This document shows, piece after piece, positions 55,863-64,000 of a stretch of DNA of 64,000 nucleotides. The notes below the pieces were generated by a model, which was not told where the DNA came from, searched no databases, and saw only the letters and a program-made list of their open reading frames with translations. The stretch is from positions 22,692,001-22,756,000 of the forward strand of contig NC_092674.1 in the NCBI RefSeq assembly GCF_964355755.1, written 5' to 3'. A program made the position numbers and the translations under genes. The DNA comes from Antedon mediterranea (Eukaryota; Animalia; Echinodermata). The stretch's first letter is position 1. Every line of letters starts with the position of its first letter.

Positions 55863-55913
55863 GCTAGCTGTTAATGATGTAGAAGGGAAACCTACAGTAC
55901 ACCTTCTGTAAAT

Positions 55914-56445
55914 GTCTAGGCTAGGCCTAGGCCTATGCTAGAAGTCAGATAGGCCCTAACATACATAATGTAGGTAGGGCCTAGAAAACTGTCAAAGCCT
56001 TTACTAGAGGTTCTAGCCTAGGCCTAGTCTAGTTTTAGGATGTAGGCTACATCTAGGCCTAGGCAGGTTTCTAGCACTGAGTACTACCTCTAGGTCTAGC
56101 CTAAGACAGGCTGGAGTAGGATAGGCCTACCCTAGCTAGGCCTAGTAGTAGGCTTGTAGGCCTAGGCTCCCAGGCTAAAGCTGTAAATAATAGGCCATGC
56201 TTATTTCTAGACATAGGCCTAGTCAGTGCCTATCCTATGCCTAGATTCCAGAAAAGTTAGGTCTAGGCCTACTCTGTTTATGCACTTACAAACCTGTAAA
56301 CAGACACTAGGGCCTAGGCCTAATGTAGACCGAGGCCTAAGCGGTAAGCCTAATTAGGCCGCCTGGGCCGGGCGCAGCAGCCCCCCGGGCTGCACACAAG
56401 GTTTGGCAATTTATGTGCATCATAGACCTAAGGCCTACTAGGCCC
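55914..56445. repeat. CTAG/AGGCCT-rich palindromic low-complexity block (right)
   Basis: Dense TAGGCCTAG palindromes mirroring the left block. Confidence 0.85.
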
Positions 56446-57219
56446 CTAATTTACCTCTCATAGATTACCGCCAGAGAGTCAGATAACAACATTAAATATA
56501 TAACATTGAACTATAACTATTTAAAAATCTATATTACAACAAAAATAAATAAAAACTTACGGTATACCTGGTTTATCTATAGTTTGCTGTAGGCTGTCGA
56601 TGCTGTTGGGCCTAGGATGCTGTGGTTCCAGTGAAAATGCTTAGGATTTTTAAATTTCGTGACATTTAATCGCCAATTTAATTGTTTTAAAACTATATAA
56701 ATCAATAAAATCAACGTCTAGTGGATGCGAAATGTTTTAATGATTACACATATTAAAGGAATTTTTGTTTCTAAAATGTTAAACAAAATAAATCGTAATT
56801 TAATACAAGACCTGCCACAAGTCCTTAAATTTGAAACGTTTTCCAATTTTAAAATGATAACAAAATTCCGAAAAATTGTAATATATACTTTTAAAATAAT
56901 CATTTGCTAACTAAATGATGACTAATAATGAAAATAAAGCTTTTCATTATGTAAATTGCAATTTAATGATAATAAAGATATTTTAATAAGTCATTTTACA
57001 TTTATAATAAACTTTGAGTGAACGAGACAATTATATTTGAGTTCTAGCGACCACAAAACCTAAAAAAAGTCGGTTTTTATTAAAAATATAAACACGCTTA
57101 AATTCAAAAAATCAAAATAGCAGATCGATAGTATGTTAAACATAGACTAACATACCTAAAAATAGTTTGTTTTCGTAAAGTAACCACGTTGTAAAAGCAT
57201 TTTAAAAATTAAGAAAATA

Positions 57220-58294
<1,075 letters not shown>

Positions 58295-58732
58295 CCATTG
58301 AGTAACCATAACCATTGAGTCTACAGTGTCTAGCCCTACATGTATGATATGGGACATGTTTTGCCACCAATAATATATGGGTATAGGCCCACATTAAATG
58401 TATAGTACCGTAGTCGTATTATGTAAAATGAAAATATCCCAAAAACACGGTTATTGAGAGGGCGTATTTAAAATGCGTGATTTATAATCACGTAAACGTT
58501 TGATTTGATGTCAAATTGCACATTTTTTCCCCGTGTCTGTTTTCAGCTGCACCACAATGATCCAAAATCTTTACCCTAATTTTACGGAGTTTCTAATTTG
58601 TAATAGTCTTTTTTTTAAAGTTTCTATTTAGTTTTAAATTTGCCTCTCGTAAACAAACATGATTATTATACAAATTGTATTTTTCATTTTACCTTTTTGA
58701 TAACTTACCATTTGTTTTATTTTCTTTTACAG

Positions 58733-58870
58733 AATAGAGTTGGATTGGCATTGATGAAGCTCTTCGAGCAATATTCGTCGACTACTAAAATATCCGCTGT
58801 CATTGGTGGGCTTAGGGCAGAGGTTACCGAAGCCATGTCAAAGGTTACAGCAATCATGAATCTTATTCAG
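58733..58870 (+). CDS. Second coding exon of the same GABA-B-like receptor
   Basis: Polypyrimidine tract with AG ending at 58732. The exon is 138 nt, phase 0/0, and encodes NRVGLALMKLFEQYSSTTKISAVIGGLRAEVTEAMSKVTAIMNLIQ; donor GTAAGG at 58871. It aligns without gaps to the 46-aa GABBR2 segment CDNAKGLKAFY...[23 protein letters not shown] (recalled from memory). Downstream exons were not found in the window. Confidence 0.85.
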
Positions 58871-59057
58871 GTAAGGTCAACATTAAATTCTGGCTCAGCA
58901 GCAGAGCAATCACTATTACATATCACATGTGCTTTGCCGTTTTCTATTCAATAAAATATAATAAGTCAAATAATAATAGTACATTTCACTTTCATATTTT
59001 GAGACTGTTCATCACGGGCGCCTGGTCTGACTGTCCAGCATTAATACTATTCTATAA

Positions 59058-59179
59058 AGATCGGTTCCCACTTGGACGCAATCAATTTGACTATAATTAC
59101 TACGCGATGCCCATCTGAACATTGCTTGTGATTGGTCAACTCACTATTATTGCGCCTACGTCCAAGTGAGAACAAATCT
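59058..59179. mobile_element. PIF/Harbinger-type MITE with TAA target-site duplication
   Basis: TAA|AGATCGGTTCCCACTTGGACG ... CGTCCAAGTGAGAACAAATCT|TAA. A related degenerate copy (TTGACCAATCACAAGCAA core) lies at ~28430-28580. Confidence 0.7.
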
Positions 59180-60084
59180 TAATAGTAGTAATATATAAAT
59201 CAGATCGAAAAAAAGTATAGTAGTTAAGGCTCTTTGTAGTATCGTCATGGTAATAAATTCACATCTTGCACAAACTGGATGTACAAATGCTCAGATCAAA
59301 TTTAAATACATGGTACGGGGGCGAGGAGAGAGTTTGTCCGGTATACGTGTTTGCTATTGTTGAACGCATTCATACATTATTCAATTAGCGGCGAGGAGGT
59401 GTATGCGAATTTGATTGGATGTTACTCTTCATCTTATTCTTCTAGGCCCTTCTCTTCATGGTCTTTACCAGGGAGATATAATACAACTCCCTTTTCTATA
59501 ACATGAAAGCATTACACTGTCGTTGTATAACCACAATATTACTTCTGTTTCAGTAATGATTCAGTGATACGGTATATTATATAATTTGTCTGTGTGTTTT
59601 GTCAGTTTATTGCAATGTAATAAACCAAAATTTGTCTATTAATTACTGGCTGGATATCTAAATATAACATATAAGCCGGCGGCAACGTAACATTTTTTAA
59701 GCTTTATTGACTGTAAAACAACTTAAGCTTGGGTCTTACGCAAGTCTGTAATTTAAGATTTTCCCTCAGTCGGTTTATTTTATTAATCTCGACTGTCTGA
59801 GATTGTTTTTCTTTGAAATCTTGAAGCTTACGTTGAATTTCTCCAATATTCAATCATGGTTTTTAACTCTGTTTCAGTTTCGTATATGTTTTCTTGCGAG
59901 TTTAAACGTTTTCGATTTTTAAAATCCAATCGGTGCTTCCGCGGCCAAAAGGTAGGAGCAATCGTAAGCTTTTTGTGCGACCAAGATTAGAGGGCTATTT
60001 TTAATAAGAACAGTTTGAATTTTAATTGGCATAAATGTACATGTATATGTTTCTTTAAAGTGCACAAGAGCAATATGTGACACT

Positions 60085-60153
60085 GCAGTGAGTCTCGAAC
60101 CCTTGCCGATGTTGTTGGATACATGTTACGGTTGCACTTAACCGCTTGGCCAC
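60085..60153 (-). mobile_element. tRNA-derived SINE head
   Basis: Minus strand GTGGCCAAGCGGTTAAG...GGGTTCGAGACTC (A and B boxes); acceptor and anticodon stems do not pair. Confidence 0.55.
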
Positions 60154-63100
60154 TCACTCAAATTTCGAATGATGATGGTGACGTGCTCTTTATTGTGTAC
60201 ATCATTAACAATTCGTAGTACTACACTTATTTTCTCCTCCTTAAAAATCTTTCAATCTTTCTTTTTACTTAGTGGTAAAAGTCTATTCATAAGAACACTC
60301 GACTTTTTTTTCTTTCTTTGTCGTCTTCTTGTAATGATACTCTTTCGTTTTATTAAGTGTCATCATTGAGCCAAGTGTCATTACTACGCTACGTTAAAGG
60401 AAACTGGAAACATAATAGCCAAAGGTCACCTTTTGAATAACCAAATATACGATCGATCTTTTATAATCATTCAAACTGAAATTCTCTTATCTTAAGAATT
60501 ATACTTCTTTTATATATCTCGGTATCTTTATTTCTCTTAAAAAAAAAACATCAAAAACAATTCACTAAGGCAATTAAAAATCCGTAGCAGCCTACAAGCT
60601 GGATTGAGGATTTTTTACAAAAGATCTTTAATTAAAATATCAAATCAAACAATTTCATACAAATAATCTACAAAAAAAAGTGTTTTTGTTTGTTTTTTCC
60701 CATGCGACCAATTTAACGATTGCAACTCATTATTCAATATACGCTATGTCGTTAAAAATTTCATATTTGATTCACTGTATATAGTAATCGATTTTATAGT
60801 AGCCCATATCAATGTAGACTTGTTACAAACGTCACTAACATAATATATAAGGAGTACACTATATTAGTTTATAATTTAGGCCTATTTAAAGGGATTCGGA
60901 AGGAACAATAGTATTATTAATTTATGTTTGTCCCACCGTATGAAAGCGTATTGAGTTTCTGCTCCGGTAAAAGGTTTTAAACAACTTTTTGGATAATTTT
61001 TGAAAGGAAGATATGGGGTCTAAACGAATAAAATATAATATTATACCCATTTAATCTTAATCTAATCTAGTATTTATCTATGTAAACGTATTGCATATTA
61101 TTAGCCAACGTCACAAATTGGAAGTACACTGCCCCCAACGGATGAGTACAAAACGATTGATTTATATTTGGTCACTTTTTGCAAACCCCTCTTAATTTGC
61201 ATAAATATAGGTGGAAATCAGGTAACCGCCATAAATTCAAGAAAATAATACATTATAATATCAAACAGTTGTTCTATGCTAAATTAATGACTAAAATGCA
61301 CTTGTTAAACTTCTGTACCAGAGCTCTCTTATCGCCCACCTATTACCACCTTATCAGTAACTTTCATTCAACGGTGATTTTGAAGTATGTGTTCACACAC
61401 TGGGGAATCAACTGTAAAAAGCTTGCGTTGCTTTTTTTCAAACATATTCTTTATTTTAGAACCTGTTTATAGAAGATCTTAGTAAGTCTTTATTGCGTTA
61501 ATAAAATAGCTCTTTGGAATACATTTTACTAAGCTGAACTACTCTAAATTACCTTGTTACAATTTTACTCTGTTTTTACGGCACTTGTGCTTGCTTTAAA
61601 CATCTACATCTATCTATACTTGTTCCCCAGTGCAAAATATTTCATTATATAACAAAACTACTTATTTGTAAGTGTAATGGTAATGACATATGAACAGTTT
61701 TATACTTGATAAAAAATAGTTTTTGTTTTATTTTACGAAGATCACAAATAATAACAATTTATTTTAATGATATTACTATGTACAATTGTAACCGATGTTA
61801 ATGTCAATGTATTTACCCTGTCCTTAAAATGATGCGTACAGCCAATCTAACAACAGGACACTGAGCTCGCCTTGCCAAGATAGAAACTCACAACAGTTAT
61901 TTGATCTTATGTTTGGCTGCGACAACAAATTACGTACATATTCTCCGCGGTGTATGTAAGGGGCAGATTATGACGCAGCCTGTAGTTAAAGTACATTGGA
62001 ATGCACTTGCATCATGTGACATACATACATGCGCTGTATCTTAAAAATTTGAAAATAATCTGAAATAATGTTAATCTATTAAATAGGGAGAACAACTGAA
62101 AATAACTGCAGTGGTTTTTAACACCTAACAAATTCAAATATCCTAGTGTTACTGGACACAATTAAATGAAATTTAATTGTTTTTTAAATTATTTTTTAAA
62201 GAATAGTTGACTCAGTCAAAAGTACTATGATGTCGGTCAATTGGACTTCTGACGACAAGTACAAATCAACAATAAGCTAAACTCATTCATACTTTATTTA
62301 CAACATATCATGCTTGTTACAATAGCATACCGTACACTGTTCTCCTGTACCCGCAATAAACTCCGAGTACCGATATTTCTCCGTTTTATGTCCACCCATA
62401 ATATAGTGTAATTAACTAGTCGGGTATCCTCAACACAATACCAAGAGGGTTTTAGCCCTCGAGTGGACCTATAGGGGTTGGTTTGAAGAAAATGGGCCGA
62501 CCCGTGAATATCACTCTCACGAATAAGCCACGTATATTATTATACATTGCAATACGAAAACCTATGACATTAATCTTAAAGTGTTGTAATAGTTTTATCC
62601 TCGGATTAAGCACTCTCTCCAGAGTAACATAGTTGATTAATTGTGTCAATGCTTACCCTATATGTGTATCTTTTATCTTAGCTAAAATCCCATACTTAAA
62701 TACACCGGCCATTAGCTTTGGTGATTAGTAAGTACGGCGCTATCCAAACTAAGTCGTGTGAAATACCAGGTGTATTGCAGTAAGCTGTGTTACATGGTTC
62801 AGTATTATAATATTTGCTATTTATTTATACGCACTGATTCTTTGCCGATTCCGAATCTCATGCGGTCAGAGTTAAATCACGAAAAGCTTTTTACAGATCT
62901 TGTTGAATCTTGGAAAGTTAAAGAAATGTCAACAATTTTACAGAAAGCATTACAGCCTATTATGTTTAAGTTAACACTACAAAGTCCTATATATTTCGCA
63001 AAAAATAAATTGTTGTTCGTGAGAAACGAAAAGGATAATTACAAAATACAATAAATATATAAATACAATGAATCGTTACGTCAAATTTACAATCTTTATT

Positions 63101-64000
63101 TATTCCTCATGGATCAATTTTCAAATTGTATGAATTATCGTTCCAATATTAAAACATATAACAATAAAAAAAGTTATTGTGGAATGTATTTGATGGCAGC
63201 AGGTAAAATTGAATTTCCTTTACTTCTTAAAACAGAAAGTAAAATAAATCAAATAGCAAATCTTGACATTGATGATGAATGCCAACAGATGTGCACAAAG
63301 AATTATACTTAGGATTCATATAATTCATTCATGTTTTTAAAAATCATACAACATTGATACACAAATAATAATAATAATAAGCTAACACAGATTCAGATTG
63401 ATTGATTTACATACATCAAATACTGTGATGGCGCTAGTTACAATCTATTATGCGTGATTAAATACTATATATATATAACGTAATGCATAAAACGGGCGTA
63501 GAAGAAGGAGTTGTACCCGGATGTTGATTACAAGTACGGGTTAACAAAATAAAGTGCGAATGAATTTAGCTGGTTGTCGTTGATTTGTACGTCAACGTAC
63601 AATGGTAATCTGTTTGTTATAGGCGTGCCTGTGAAAATTACATAACCTAAAAATAAAACTTTAGGTCGTTTACGGAAGCTCTCTGCGCTGTGTGCTTAAG
63701 AATCTGGAAGTTGTGGATCTAGCGCGTTATTTTGTTTTACATGTTTTTAATCAGTCTGCCCCTTTCTCTAGTCCTCTTGAAAGCCCTCTAAATGTCAAGA
63801 GTTCAACATCTAATGGAGTACGCTCGTTGATTTGCGTTTCTCGTATATCGAACAGCTTAAAATAAGCCGCGAACACGCCGTTTAGGAGGCCATTTCAAAT
63901 CTAAACGAGCTTGTATGAAAAGTTATGTATTATCTGTCCCTTCTTTGGTCCCTAATGACACGTTATTGGGAATGGAATTAAATCCAGTTATCCTACGAAT

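Noticed and set aside
58871-64000. Third GPCR exon (expected xSYxxxSPxLSxxxxYPxFFRT-like)
   Set aside because: No such translation with splice sites was found; presumably beyond the window. The short ORFs here look like repeat-derived noise.

Overview
AT-rich animal genomic DNA, probably an invertebrate (the TAGGCCTA-rich tracts hint at an echinoderm-like source, but that is a guess). It is not prokaryotic. The only host protein-coding signal is two + strand exons (19718-20071 and 58733-58870) of a divergent GABA-B-receptor-like class C GPCR Venus-flytrap domain, separated by a 38.7 kb phase-0 intron. About 24.5 kb of that intron (33457-57927) is one insertion sitting between two (TA)n tracts. 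Both ends carry multiple, mostly inverted copies of a GGCC-x-TTGCTACG motif, followed further inside by CTAGGCCTAG-rich blocks. Inside are candidate spliced exons pointing inward from each end, a decayed RING/Cys-rich coding relic, and a composite 128/47/45-bp satellite spanning about 19 kb with higher-order duplications, into which a young CR1/L2-group LINE has inserted. This element looks like a giant non-autonomous, microsatellite-targeting DNA transposon and is the most interesting object in the window. The rest is typical repeat-laden intergenic and intronic DNA: MITEs, tRNA-derived SINE heads, a Helentron-type element, Tx1/L1 fragments split by a foldback element, and short tandem repeats. 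All calls were made by eye; no database searches were run.
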